From NCBI GenBank assembly GCA_036630325.1, contig CP142735.1, forward strand, positions 62,001-126,000: 64,000 nucleotides of DNA. The letters run 5' to 3'. How positions within the stretch are numbered: the stretch's first letter is position 1; each line of letters begins with the position of its first letter. The position numbers and the translations under genes are program-made. Source of the DNA: Vairimorpha necatrix (lineage: Eukaryota). Positions 9,150-20,662 of the stretch are shown here, in pieces. Under the pieces are notes generated by a model. That model was not told the DNA's origin, ran no database searches, and saw only the letters and a program-made list of their open reading frames with translations.

Positions 9150-12100
9150 TGTGGACTACTGGTTGCCCAGCAGTCCGAGAAGAGTTAGTTTTACTTAATG
9201 TTTTATTTAACTTCTTCATACCCTTATGGGTATGATTTTCTTTTATGTTTGTGGGAGGGAAAATAAAGTATTTCCCTCCAAAACATAATTGGAGAGAAGA
9301 AGGAGAGTACCTACAGCATGGTATTCTCTGGTCTCCAGGGCAATCTTAGGACCACTGGAGATCTGTCCCTTGACACTCCCCCCTTCCTTATCGGCTCCCA
9401 AGTTTCCTTTTCAAAATCCATTTTTTTTAAATCTTTCTGATTCACCGAGAAAACAACATTATTTGGACTAGTTATTTCATAAGCACCCTTTTTTCCTATC
9501 TTAGTTATAGTGTAAAGTCCTTCAAATTTACTGTCCAGTTTATTTTTTATATTGATTGGAGGTTTTCTCCTCAGTACTATATCCCCTACTTTAAAAGCCT
9601 GTTCTTTCACATTTCCCATTTCTCTTTCCCGTGCTTCTCTCTCTGCTTGAAGCATTATTTCTCGAGTTTGGTTTAATCTTTCAAATATCAGTAGATTAGG
9701 TTCCATGGGTATTATCTCTTGGTTAGTCTGATCCCCTTCTTGTGGCTTACGTCCATACAATAATTCAAATGGTGAAAATCCCGTTTTCTTCCTTGGAGAA
9801 ATACGATAAGCATATAGTGCTAGTTCTAAATATTCGTCCCATTCTTTCCATCTTTCATTAGTTATTTTGGCCAGTTTAGCTACCAGCGATTGATTGGTTC
9901 TTTCAACTGTACCATTACATTGAGGATGGTAAGACGAAGTAAAAGATTTTCGCACATGAAAAATTCTACATAATTCTTTTACTGTAGAGTTCAAAAATTC
10001 GAGTCCCCTATCTGAAAGTAGTTCGTTCGGTGGACCATGTCTGCATATGATCTCTTCAAAAATAAATTTGGCTACTGTTTTGGCTGTTTTATTCTTCACG
10101 GCCTTAGCTTCACACCATCTAGTTATGTAATCGGTAGCTACAATTATATAAATCTTTCCATTTTCTGACTTAGGCAATGGGCCTACTATATCGATACCAA
10201 CTAGAGAAAATGGTTCTTTCAGTTGAATCCTATGATACTCTTTGGGTATTCTTTTAGGATTAAATTTCAGACATACTTGGCAATTTTCTATTTCTTTTCT
10301 TATATCTGCGTAAATACCTTTCCATTGCGCTTTCTGTAGGATTAGCGTGTATGTTGGAAATATACTCCCATGCCCACATTCTTCGTGACACTTTAGAATA
10401 AGTTCTTTTTTTTCTGAAACGGATAGTTCATCAACCTGGTCCTTATTTACTGTATGGACAAATCTGGTCAATCCATCTGCAATAACATTATCTTTTCCTT
10501 TAATATACTCAATTTCGTAAGAGTAATTTTCTAAAGTTAGAATCCATCTCATTAATCTCCCTGTACTCTCTTTAAAACTCAGTAGCCATTTAAGCGCTTG
10601 GTGATCTGTACGGATTATAAATGTATTGGTAAGATATATTCTGAATTGTGTTATGCTCCATATTATAGCAAGACACTCTTTTTCGGTTACTGTATAAATG
10701 ATTTCTGCCGTATTTAATTTCCTTGATATAAAATATACTGGCATTTCTATTCCCTCGTATTCCTGCATTAGTGTTGCTCCTATGTATAAATTAGATGCAT
10801 CTGTATATAAAATAAACTTTCTGTTAAAATCTGGTAGTTTAAGGACTGGAGAGCTCGTGATAATCTCTTTTATTTTGGTTACACTTTGTTTAGCACTTTC
10901 AGAAAACTCAAATTTTCCTTTTTTCAAGCATTCATAAATCGGGGCCATTATATCTGTGTAGTTTTTTATAAATTTCCTAAAGTAATTAATAAATCCGATA
11001 AAAGCCCTAGTTTCTTTGAGAGTCTTCGGAACTTTAAGTCGTAAACATTTGGTTTGTTGTTCTAATGGTATGCTTATTCCATCTTTGTTTATCATATAAC
11101 CTAAGAATTTTACTGAATTTTTAGCAATCTTGCATTTTTTTTGATTGACTTTCAGTTTTAATTTGTCTAATATTTTAAACACTGCTTCCGTGTGTTCTAG
11201 ATGTTCTTTAACCGATCTTGAATATATCATTATATCATCTAGGTATACTTGTACAAATTTATGTAAATGGGGAGATAGTATTGAATTCATTATCTTTTGA
11301 AAAGTAAAGGGCGCATTTACAAGCCCGAATGGCATCCTAACCCACTGAAAAGTCCCTGATCTGCTTCTAAAAGCTGTAAGATATCTATCTTTTTGTCGGA
11401 TTCTTATTTGATGATATCCCGATTCTAAATCTAATACAGTGAATATAGACGCTCCTTGTAGCTCTTCAATAGTTTCTTCTATAAGAGGTATTGGGTAAAT
11501 CATTTTCTTAGTGATTTTGTTCAGTCTCCTATAATCAATGCAAAATCTTAGATCGCCGTCCGGTTTCTTGACTAATACAACTGGGGATGTATAATCTGAA
11601 TCGCTGCTTTCGATAACTCCTTTCTTCAAAAACTCCTGAACTTTTTCTTCTATGATCATATTTTGGTCCGGAGATCTTCTATATTGAATATTTTTTATTT
11701 CAGAGACGTCATTTGTTATTTCTATAGCATGTTCAATGTCTAGACTTGATTGTTGATCTCCATTTAAAAAAATTTCTGAATACTCCGTAATAAGTTTATT
11801 GAACTTTTCCTTTTCAACTTGTAGTAATGTTTCATCTCCGACATCAGTTATAAGTGTTTTATTATTAACTGAAGTTGTTGTACATACTGATTTCGTTATA
11901 ACAGCGCTTTCCATTTTATCAAGCATCTTTAACAAGTTTAGTGAAACGGCATCTCCAATACCTATAATGAGGTCTTCTGGCAAGTTCTCAACTACATAAG
12001 CCTCCACTCTGTTGCTCTTCTTGTTTTTAGGTTTTTTAATCATGAATTCCACCTTTTTTTCTGATCTTACACTTCCTCCTACTCCTTCAATGTTTAGACT

Positions 12101-13153
12101 GACATTTGTTGTTTCTAGGCCCAGGCGTTGGACAGTGTTTTTACTAATCAGGTTTATTTGGGCACCTGTGTCGATTAGTGCGGAAATAATTTCTTTTTCG
12201 GAATATAGTTTAATTCTTGGTCGCATGTCTTTAGTTTTCGATTTATCCACTCTACCTACCTTCAGGAGTAATGCAGTATTTCCTTCTTCTGCCTTCTTTG
12301 TGAAAGTTTTAATCACTTTCTTTTCCTGCAAGGGTGCTTCGTTACGTGGAATTTTGGGCCACTTGGTTTTCTTTTTTAGATAATTATTCATAAAAGTTTC
12401 CTTTTCTTCTACCAGATCTAATAACTCTATCCAGTCCTTGGTGTCTAATATAGATTCCTTCAACGTATCTGGGGAGTTTCTTCCTATCGCAATCTTTGAT
12501 CGGTTAAAGTATTCAGTGCTTTTCTTTGCACAACTCTTGAGGTCGTAAGCGTAACTCATGATATCGCTTTCCTTTGGACCTTGTACGTACAAGTGCATAA
12601 ACTTATCAGTTTTATCTTCGAGTAGTTTTTCTTTTATGTATTTCTTATGAAATTGGGATTTGAATGTATCGAAATCTGTTATCTCCTCACCTTCGAAGGC
12701 CTTATACCATCGCAACGCTTTTCCTTTTAGTTTGGACTTTACGATATCCAGCGTCTTGGCTTGCTCATAGATATCTTCTACTTCTCTAAACTGGGAGAGA
12801 AAGTCTTCGGCTTTACTTAGATCTTCGCCGGTAAATTCTGTCCATCTGTTTTGTAGACTCAGTTTTTTCACATAGGAACAGATTTCATCGATTTCATCTT
12901 TCATATCCTCTTCACCGTTACCACCATTGTGGACTACTGGTTGCCCAGCAGTCCGAGAAGAGTTAGTTTTACTTAATGTTTTATTTAACTTCTTCATACC
13001 CTTATGGGTATGATTTTCTTTTATGTTTGTGGGAGGGAAAATAAAGTATTTCCCTCCAAAACATAATTGGAGAGAAGAAGGAGAGTACCTACAGCATGGT
13101 ATTCTCTGGTCTCCAGGGCAATCTTAGGACCACTGGAGATCTGTCCCTTGACA
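9150..13153 (-). mobile_element. Intact Ty3/Gypsy LTR retrotransposon (family 1), 4,004 bp
   Basis: Two 226-bp LTRs, TG..CA (9150-9375 and 12928-13153), identical by eye. 5-bp TSD TATGC (9145-9149 / 13154-13158). PBS TGGTGGTAACGGTG next to the 5' LTR (resembles a tRNA-Leu 3' end). PPT AAGGAAGGGGGGAG at 9376-9389. Confidence 0.97.
9311..12997 (-). CDS. Single gag-pol polyprotein (capsid, aspartic protease, RT, RNase H, integrase)
   Basis: 1228 aa uninterrupted. Motifs: ALIDTGA; YLDD; YTDAS..EKE..TDH; HHCC (CHEECGH..CQVC); DIVGP..SDRG..NGTVER. PR-RT-RH-INT order is Ty3/Gypsy. No CCHC knuckle is visible in Gag. Confidence 0.96.
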   Translation of the reverse strand: MKKLNKTLSKTNSSRTAGQPVVHNGGNGEEDMKDEIDEICSYVKKLSLQNRWTEFTGEDLSKAEDFLSQFREVEDIYEQAKTLDIVKSKLKGKALRWYKAFEGEEITDFDTFKSQFHKKYIKEKLLEDKTDKFMHLYVQGPKESDIMSYAYDLKSCAKKSTEYFNRSKIAIGRNSPDTLKESILDTKDWIELLDLVEEKETFMNNYLKKKTKWPKIPRNEAPLQEKKVIKTFTKKAEEGNTALLLKVGRVDKSKTKDMRPRIKLYSEKEIISALIDTGAQINLISKNTVQRLGLETTNVSLNIEGVGGSVRSEKKVEFMIKKPKNKKSNRVEAYVVENLPEDLIIGIGDAVSLNLLKMLDKMESAVITKSVCTTTSVNNKTLITDVGDETLLQVEKEKFNKLITEYSEIFLNGDQQSSLDIEHAIEITNDVSEIKNIQYRRSPDQNMIIEEKVQEFLKKGVIESSDSDYTSPVVLVKKPDGDLRFCIDYRRLNKITKKMIYPIPLIEETIEELQGASIFTVLDLESGYHQIRIRQKDRYLTAFRSRSGTFQWVRMPFGLVNAPFTFQKIMNSILSPHLHKFVQVYLDDIMIYSRSVKEHLEHTEAVFKILDKLKLKVNQKKCKIAKNSVKFLGYMINKDGISIPLEQQTKCLRLKVPKTLKETRAFIGFINYFRKFIKNYTDIMAPIYECLKKGKFEFSESAKQSVTKIKEIITSSPVLKLPDFNRKFILYTDASNLYIGATLMQEYEGIEMPVYFISRKLNTAEIIYTVTEKECLAIIWSITQFRIYLTNTFIIRTDHQALKWLLSFKESTGRLMRWILTLENYSYEIEYIKGKDNVIADGLTRFVHTVNKDQVDELSVSEKKELILKCHEECGHGSIFPTYTLILQKAQWKGIYADIRKEIENCQVCLKFNPKRIPKEYHRIQLKEPFSLVGIDIVGPLPKSENGKIYIIVATDYITRWCEAKAVKNKTAKTVAKFIFEEIICRHGPPNELLSDRGLEFLNSTVKELCRIFHVRKSFTSSYHPQCNGTVERTNQSLVAKLAKITNERWKEWDEYLELALYAYRISPRKKTGFSPFELLYGRKPQEGDQTNQEIIPMEPNLLIFERLNQTREIMLQAEREAREREMGNVKEQAFKVGDIVLRRKPPINIKNKLDSKFEGLYTITKIGKKGAYEITSPNNVVFSVNQKDLKKMDFEKETWEPIRKGGVSRDRSPVVLRLPWRPENTML

Positions 13154-13347
13154 TATGCTATCGTGTTTATATACATACTGATAATTTTTAGATGATTTTT
13201 TTAATCAGTTCAAAAAATTATTAAAAAACATCTTCTTTTTTTCAAAAATAACACAATTCAATTTAGTTATAAGAAAACAAGAGAGTATGAGTTAAAGAAC
13301 AAAAATATGCTATAAAAAAGAACTAATATTTTTTTATATAAATTTTT

Positions 13348-14618
13348 GGGAGGTGGGGTACTTTAGACCCCCCCCCTTTGAAGCGCTTCAATTTTTTTTT
13401 CGAACCCCAAAATTGAAGTGCAAAAAAAAAGAGGAGCAAGAAAGGGACAAAAATTTCTTATCACTTTAAACATTAAAAATACAAAATAATTATATAAAAC
13501 GACTTAAAATTAAATTTTATACCAATATCTAAAAATAAAAAGTGTCTACTTAAAATTTCAAACTAAATTCAAATTCTTTTATTTTATGATAATTTTCATT
13601 TTTCCCCCTTAAAAATGACAGAAATATACAAGGACGTTGAGAAAATACTTGAGGAAGTAATTATATCTACTTTAAATTCAAGGTTTTGTCTACTTTGTTA
13701 TGGGAATGTACAAAGACGTATAGGAATACAAAATCAAGTGAGATGTACATCAAAAAGGTGCAGAAAAGAATTTACGATAACAAACAAGAAACCTTTTCAT
13801 GGAGCTAAATTACCTTGGCTGATAATATGCCAGGTCATATTTAAATTTGTTGAAAATACGGCCATAAAAACTATTAAAAAAATTCATAGTTTCAATCGAA
13901 AAACAATTTATAGAATTTTCAGAAACTTAAATAAGCATATAACTGGTAATAAAAAAATAGGAGGTCCAGGTATAATTGTGGAGATTGACGAATCTAAATT
14001 CGGAAAGCGAAAATACAACAAAGGCCACAAAGTTGACGGCGTATGGATACTTGGGATGGTGGAAAGGACTACAGAACGAGGCTTAGTCTTAATTAAAGTT
14101 AAAAATAGAAAAGCCGTGACTCTCGAAAGATTAATAAAAGAATATGTACATTCCGGAAGTATTATTTATACTGATTGTTGGAGAGGGTATATAAATTTAA
14201 ATCAATTAGGCTTATACGAACACTATACTGTTAACCATTCCCTTGGTTTTATAAATCCTGAGAATGGTGTTCATACCAACACAATTGAAGGAACATGGGC
14301 TGGTGTAAAAAGAGTGATTCCTGCAAGATATCGGACTGAAAAAGATGTAAATCTATTTCTTAATTTTTTTACTTTTAAAAGAAATTATCCTAATAATCCC
14401 TTCATAAATATAATAAAAAAGTGTTTTTGATAAATATATCTTGGTTTCTAATAACATTTTGTATCTGAATATATATTTATTTGTTGTTTTTAATGTTTAA
14501 AGTGATAAGAAATTTTTGTCCCTTTCTTGCTCCTCTTTTTTTTTGCACTTCAATTTTGGGGTTCGAAAAAAAAATTGAAGCGCTTCAAAGGGGGGGGGGT
14601 CTAAAGTATCCTTCACCC
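13348..14618 (+). mobile_element. Merlin DNA transposon (family M1), 1,271 bp, apparently intact
   Basis: ~140-bp TIRs starting GGG (core TACTTTAGACCCCCCCCCTTTGAAGCGCTTC). 8-bp TSD AAATTTTT (13340-13347 / 14619-14626). Confidence 0.95.
13615..14430 (+). CDS. Merlin / IS1595-like DDE transposase
   Basis: 271 aa. Motifs: IGGPGIIVEIDES, RKYNKG, WILGMVER, IYTDCWRGY, HYTVNH, HTNTIEGTW. N-terminal Cys cluster. CCCCCC upstream of the ATG. Confidence 0.95.
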   Translation: MTEIYKDVEKILEEVIISTLNSRFCLLCYGNVQRRIGIQNQVRCTSKRCRKEFTITNKKPFHGAKLPWLIICQVIFKFVENTAIKTIKKIHSFNRKTIYRIFRNLNKHITGNKKIGGPGIIVEIDESKFGKRKYNKGHKVDGVWILGMVERTTERGLVLIKVKNRKAVTLERLIKEYVHSGSIIYTDCWRGYINLNQLGLYEHYTVNHSLGFINPENGVHTNTIEGTWAGVKRVIPARYRTEKDVNLFLNFFTFKRNYPNNPFINIIKKCF

Positions 14619-15128
14619 AAATTTTTGTACACTAAACTTTCATTATTAGTTTTTTTCCACAATGTTTGATGAAAGTTGTTTTCACATGTAACTCCTCCCA
14701 TCTATGCTGTGTTATATCTTCCAGGCGCTTTTTGATTTGAAGTTTTGTTTTGGATATCACGTGTTTAATTAAATCAATATTATTTCAGATTAAAAATCTG
14801 ATGTCCACAAAGTTCAAAAATAGAACTTGTACTGGGTAATAAGAGTCAAAATAAGATATTGTGACATTGATATTGCAAATTCCGTAACTTTTTATTGGTT
14901 TTTCGAATTTTTAAAACATTAATTAAAATTTTAATTTTTCTTTTTTTTTCAAAAAAATAAATTAAAAATTCAAAATCAAAAATGGTAAATTAAAAAAATA
15001 AAAAATATATTAAAAGCTTTTACATAGATTTTAAACATCTTTTAATTTTTTTGTAGAAGTTTTATAAAATATCGAAGATTTTTAATTTATTTTTTTGTAT
15101 ATAAATAAATTTTTTCTTTACCCCCATT

Positions 15129-16785
15129 ATGTTCATCTTACATGTCTTCTATATGTTTGTTTCTACACAAGCAATTTATAGATCTCTATGTAATGAAATC
15201 CCAGAAGGGTTCAATCAAAAAATCGACGGAGGAGATTATCGAATGCTAGATACTACTAAAAATTATGGTTTTGCAGACTTAAGGCATTTTGAAAATAAGA
15301 AAATAAGTTTTTCTTTTAAAAAGTTAAACTTTGAGGAAAACGTACCATCAGTTAATTGGATCTATAGATATTAATTGTGAAGGAAAATCTTTAGATATTA
15401 TTCTTAATGAATATAAAAGACAATTAATAGAAATTATGGACAAGCATAATTTATATAAGGTCTTTTTAAAATATATGGATGCTGATACAGACGTATGCAT
15501 ATATTCTAATGAAAATATCATTATTAAGGACATTATAGAAGGAATCAGAAAAATAAATGATGACCGAAATAATACAAATAACGAAAACAAATTTTTGCAT
15601 CAAAAAACTATTCAAGCTTATATTAATGAGGAAAAATCTATGCTTCATATGATTGAAGAAGCTCTCTTAAAAACAGAATACTACAGACGTATAGCTAATT
15701 CATATGTTTCACCTAGGTATGATTCGAATGACGACATCATATGTATCAGTGTTCTAGTTTATATAGAAGAGGCTTACTTTTACTTCGAATTTTCCAAAGT
15801 CGAAATGCTGGACATAGTAAAACAATGTCTAAAAATAAAGGACGAAATTTCTCCTAAGTGTTTCGATTTATACGAAGATGCTTTTTTTTCTTTAGATTTT
15901 TCAAATAAAAGTGTGAGATTTTTCACAGAAAAGAGGGGGAAAGTTTTGAATACTCTACGTCAAGATGAAAATTGCAAAATAATAAAATTATTAAGAGATG
16001 AGCTAGGTTTATTGGAGTGTCCTCTAAATAATAACACTACAATTAATCCAGTGCAAGAAAATAATTTGGAAAGCAGGGAATATGCAGAAAGAATGCAAGA
16101 TTTAATGGGAAATACAGAATACGAAGTCATCGATGCGTTTAATATTCTATTGAAAGAAAACGAAATTGGGTTTCTCGTCAAAAGAATTTTGGATAAAACA
16201 AAAGATCAGTTGAATATATTTTTCGGACATATATTAGTTTTCGATGAATTAATAGGCACAGAGGATTTAGATTGCCTAATAGAAAATAAAGGGAATCTTA
16301 ACAGGAAAGCAATCATATCAAAGATATTTAACAGTAATAGTGACCAATCTAGATATATTAAGGTATTTTTATTCGTTGAAGCAGAAAATTACATTAACAA
16401 CGAGAAAGCTGCCGAAGGATCTTTTAAAACTTTGAAAGAAATTGGAAATATTATGAAAGATAATCTAAGAAACGAAGATCAAAATGAGCAAAGTTCTAAA
16501 TATTTGAATTTAGTTGATATAATGAATGAAGTAATTGTAAAACAAAGTGAAAACTTTGAAGTTTTCACATTGCATAATATGTTATGTTTTATTGAATTGG
16601 TAGCAGAATCAGGTTCCCAAGAAGCCAGATTTTATGATAATGAACTACAAGGAGTAGATAAAAATGAATTTATAAAATTTTATGATCTTTATCTAGAGGA
16701 AGTAGAAGAAAATATCAGGTTTATTAAAGGAGAACTAGCAGAAATTGTCAAAGAAGAAAGAAAATTAAAATTAATTTCTAGCTAA
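15129..16785 (+). pseudogene. Secreted-protein paralogue B, one frameshift near 15330-15370 (mutation or assembly indel)
   Basis: ORFs 15129-15374 and 15331-16785 together align end to end with paralogue A. Confidence 0.8.
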
Positions 16786-17264
16786 AACTTTCCGTTTAAT
16801 TTGATTATATTTTGATTCTCTAGCAATTTACATCAAAATTTTTCATTTATTCTTTATGATTAACAAAATAACATAGAATTTTTACTGGTCCTGCATGTCT
16901 TAAACATCTTTAATAGTTGAATTGCATATCTTTACAATCAAAAGAATGACAAAAATAAACTTAAGACAAATTAAAACATATTTAAACCCGCGATAAAAAT
17001 TTATTAGCATAGATCATAAAATGCTTCTCCTGCAATTAAATTAGTTTCATTTTAAAAAAATTTTCCCCCTGTGGTTAATACTCAATCCTCTTAAGATGGG
17101 TTAAGTCTCTTTGTGACCTCCTGTAGTTATAAGCGTTGTTGTTCTTCACATTAATATTTTATGTGGGGTATAAAAAAAAAAGAAAAATCGGTATATGGCC
17201 GTTTAAACCCCGCTTTGAAATTTTGAAAACCCCCTTTCAAAAATGGAAAAATTGGCAAAAACAA

Positions 17265-17535
17265 TGTTTGTTGAAACAGATGAGCTTTTTAGTGATGAAC
17301 CGAAATTTACATAGAAACAAAGAAAATATTATTTTGGAAGCATTTGATGTTGAATCAGCTTGCGCCTTGCTTGTTTCTGTAACTAGTAGAAATACTGCTA
17401 TTTCCTTGAGGTAATCCAAAATAATGTATAAACCGTTTCTATCATGATCACTAATCAATGAGTGGCATATGAGCCCCATAAGACAATCAAAGAGATGGAG
17501 CACGGGACTGTGAATCACACGATCAATGCTGTATA
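17265..17535 (+). pseudogene. Decayed Merlin-type transposase fragment
   Basis: Across frames it reads VETDE..., IILEAFDVES..LLVSVTSRNT, IMITNQ*VAYE...EHGTVNHT. These parallel EIDES, WILGMVER..LIKVKNRK and IIYTDCWRGY..EHYTVNHS of the M1 transposase. Confidence 0.55.
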
Positions 17536-17556
17536 CCTAGCGATTCTGAAACACAA

Positions 17557-19911
17557 TAAAAAAATGGGGTTCACCAAACGCAAAAAAAGGAGGAAGAAAC
17601 TTGCGAGATTGAGGCCGACTTATCGACCTCTGGAGTACAAGAAAGTGTTAATTCACTAGTATTGGAAGGCTACAAACCAGAATGTGAAGTTAACAGCTTC
17701 CGCAAGGCTGCTTTTCACAAGACCAAGAATTGATAAAATTCTGGTCACGTACAGAGACTTTATTCAACAGAAAAAAGATAGAAGAAGGCAGAAATGCCAA
17801 CAAAAGGTACTGTGGGAGACCTGGGCTGATGGCTATCCTTGTTTCCTATTGTAAGAGTTCACATGGAGTGACAAGTATTCATCAGGAGTACTTAGATGCC
17901 ATCTGTTAAGAGCTCAAAGAACAAAGATTCAAGCTTAAAAACTTGAAGAAGCATCATGAGATTGAGATTTCCGTAATGAGAAACCAACTCAACACACAAA
18001 TTGATGCCCTAAAGGCTTCAAATGAAAGATTAGAGCAGAGAATTGACATGATTCTCACTGCAAAAAAAGGAGAGTGTAAAGAACCAATCACCATAAAAGC
18101 TGATCGTATTGATCAAAAAAAGGAAAAGAAGAAGTTTGGTGTCAATTCTAAAACTCAAGATAAAGAGCAAATAAAGGTTACGGGTAAAAGGATCCCATCA
18201 TCCAATACCATTAATGTGTTTTTACGGAAGGTAGCCGCTGCCGTAAAAGGAAACAGGAAATTGTTGAAGAAAAATATTTCTCTAACAGAAAAACGGAGAA
18301 TGACTGGACAATCATTCTTAAAAATTATGATATGAAACCAAAGGTTTCAAAAACAGCAGATGCCAATATGTTTGCCCCATTCGTAGAAGATATAAGGAAG
18401 AACTTCAATTGTGATACGAAACAGTTGAAAGTGCCCGCTTCGAGTTCTAAAACTTGTAAAAAAATACTGAAAGATGATTTGTTACTGTCATCTATATAAG
18501 TTGTGCGAAGTCTAAATTTATAACTGAGCGCAAATCCAAGATGAAGAAAACTTCTTCAACAAAGGCACCTTCTTCTCACATTACGAGGAATAAACAAACG
18601 AATTGGATAGATAAACTATCCAGAGAAGAGTTGCTAGACCTAGAAATCAACGGGAAATGGCTCAAAGATTGCAAATACAAAATTGGAGTCGCTCAGGGAT
18701 TCCCCCTAGGGAAACACATTATCAGGGAGGCCTGGGCCAAATTAATGGGCATAGAGGAAAAGAACATTTTCCTAGTAAAAGATATTGCAGGCGAGGGCAG
18801 AATCTTTCTCATTAGAGATAAATTTTGCTTTTAAGCCGCAGAAGCTCTTGAGAACGCTTCAGAAAATGTAAGAGTATTAGTTGCCGAAAACGAAGTACAA
18901 ATTAAATATCTCTAGGAACAGAACAGCTTAAGACGAAAATATTCTCCGATCATCATCAAAATTGGAGGAAGTATGTGCCTGTCGATAAGGCAATAAAAGT
19001 TATAAAAAACGGTCTATCTGATAAGCCTACAGTAAGCCATGAAGACTTCTTTCTATCCGAGTTAAACTTTGAACATCTCGGGAAAGACAGGAAAGTTGAT
19101 GGTAAACATCACAATGAACAGTGATAAAAATGCTATTATTAAAAGATTTTTATTAAATAATATATATTTTAATAAAAAACAAGTTATACGGCTTCTTAGC
19201 TGTACCAAAAATTATTGTCTACCCAAAAATTCACCAAAAGTTAGTAACTTTACTAATAAAAGATATGGATGTAAACTGAGATTTAAATCTCATATCTATA
19301 TCATGGTAAAAGCTAGAATGCTGAGAACAAGCATTCAAAGGGGGTTGTGTCTAATTAAAACAATGGCTAACCATATCAAAGGAGAAGAACTCTGACAACA
19401 GTTAGACAGAGTGTCAACGGGATTATCAAACTCTCTTATCTATACCATAAAGCATCGTAGGAAAGATGCTATCTTCATCTTCTGCGTAGTCAGAAGGTCA
19501 AGAAAAAAAGAAATTTCGGAAGCCATGGATATACTTGGCCTAGAAATATTAAAAGAAATTCCAACTCGTGATAGAGTGGAGAATAAAAGAAGCTGCAAGT
19601 CCATAAAGAAGGCCAAGCCCTATAGTCTTAACATCAACCATTTCTAGGAAAGAAGGAGGACTTAGAAATCCTCCTTAAAGTAGAAAAGCCAACAGTCTTA
19701 TACCTTCAAGAAACTTGGAAGAAATCCTTAGGTTCTACGAGACTAAAAAAGTATATGATGGTTGAGACACCAGCCATAGGAAAGAATCGGCCGGGTCTAA
19801 TGACTCTAGTCAGAAAAGACGGGGCAGTAAGATGTTCCAAAAGGGGGATGACGACAATATTCTACAAACTGTCGTTGAATTCAAAACTAGTACAAGATGG
19901 ACAAGGGTCTT
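17557..19911 (+). mobile_element. LINE copy 2 (ORF1 plus start of ORF2), decayed and cut by a Ty3/Gypsy LTR
   Basis: Collinear with 3158-5534, with many stops and indels. It ends at GGTCTT directly before the LTR at 19912. Confidence 0.92.
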
Positions 19912-20662
19912 TGTAGGAAGAGTGACACATGTCAAATCCAACTGTGTCCATCTTAAAAGATTTGACATGTTTGTCTTTAAATATTTTATAATAAATAAAC
20001 CCATGTTTTCACTCCAACAATTTGGCGACAAGGACAAGAACTTTCTCATTTTCAGAAATGAAGAGAAAGACGACCCTCAGCAGTTCTTGGAGGACTTGCT
20101 AGAGGTAGGGAGGTTGCAGGAGTACAGCGAGGGTAAGCTTATACTCCTTTGTTAAATGTCTCTAAAAGAAGAAGCAAGAGACTAGATTAATTCCCAGCCA
20201 ATGGGACTTGGGTTTGATAAATTGATTGAAGGATTTAAAGGAAGATTTTTTAGTAATATACAATGGAAAATATCCATTGATAAACTTTCTTTGTTAAGAT
20301 ATAATGGGGGTTCTTTATTAAATTATCTGGATAAGATGGCGGGATTGGCACGAAAAGGCAATGTCCCGGAGAGTGTTTTGATAGCATTTGCATTAAAAGG
20401 ATTACCAAATGACTTAGCAAATATTGTGTTAATGAACAACAAGGATTCTTTATCATGGGAGTACATCTACAGAGCTTTGAGTAACGTGAAGTGCGAAAAT
20501 GTACCAAGATATACAGAAGTAGCGCGAAGTGAGCCGATGGAGGTAGATGCGATTAGGGGGAAGGTATACCCAAAAGAGAATCGGAAAACGGAGAAGAAGT
20601 GTAAAATTAGGTGTTTTATTTGCGGCCGACAAGGCCGTATAACTGCTCATGTAGATTTAATG

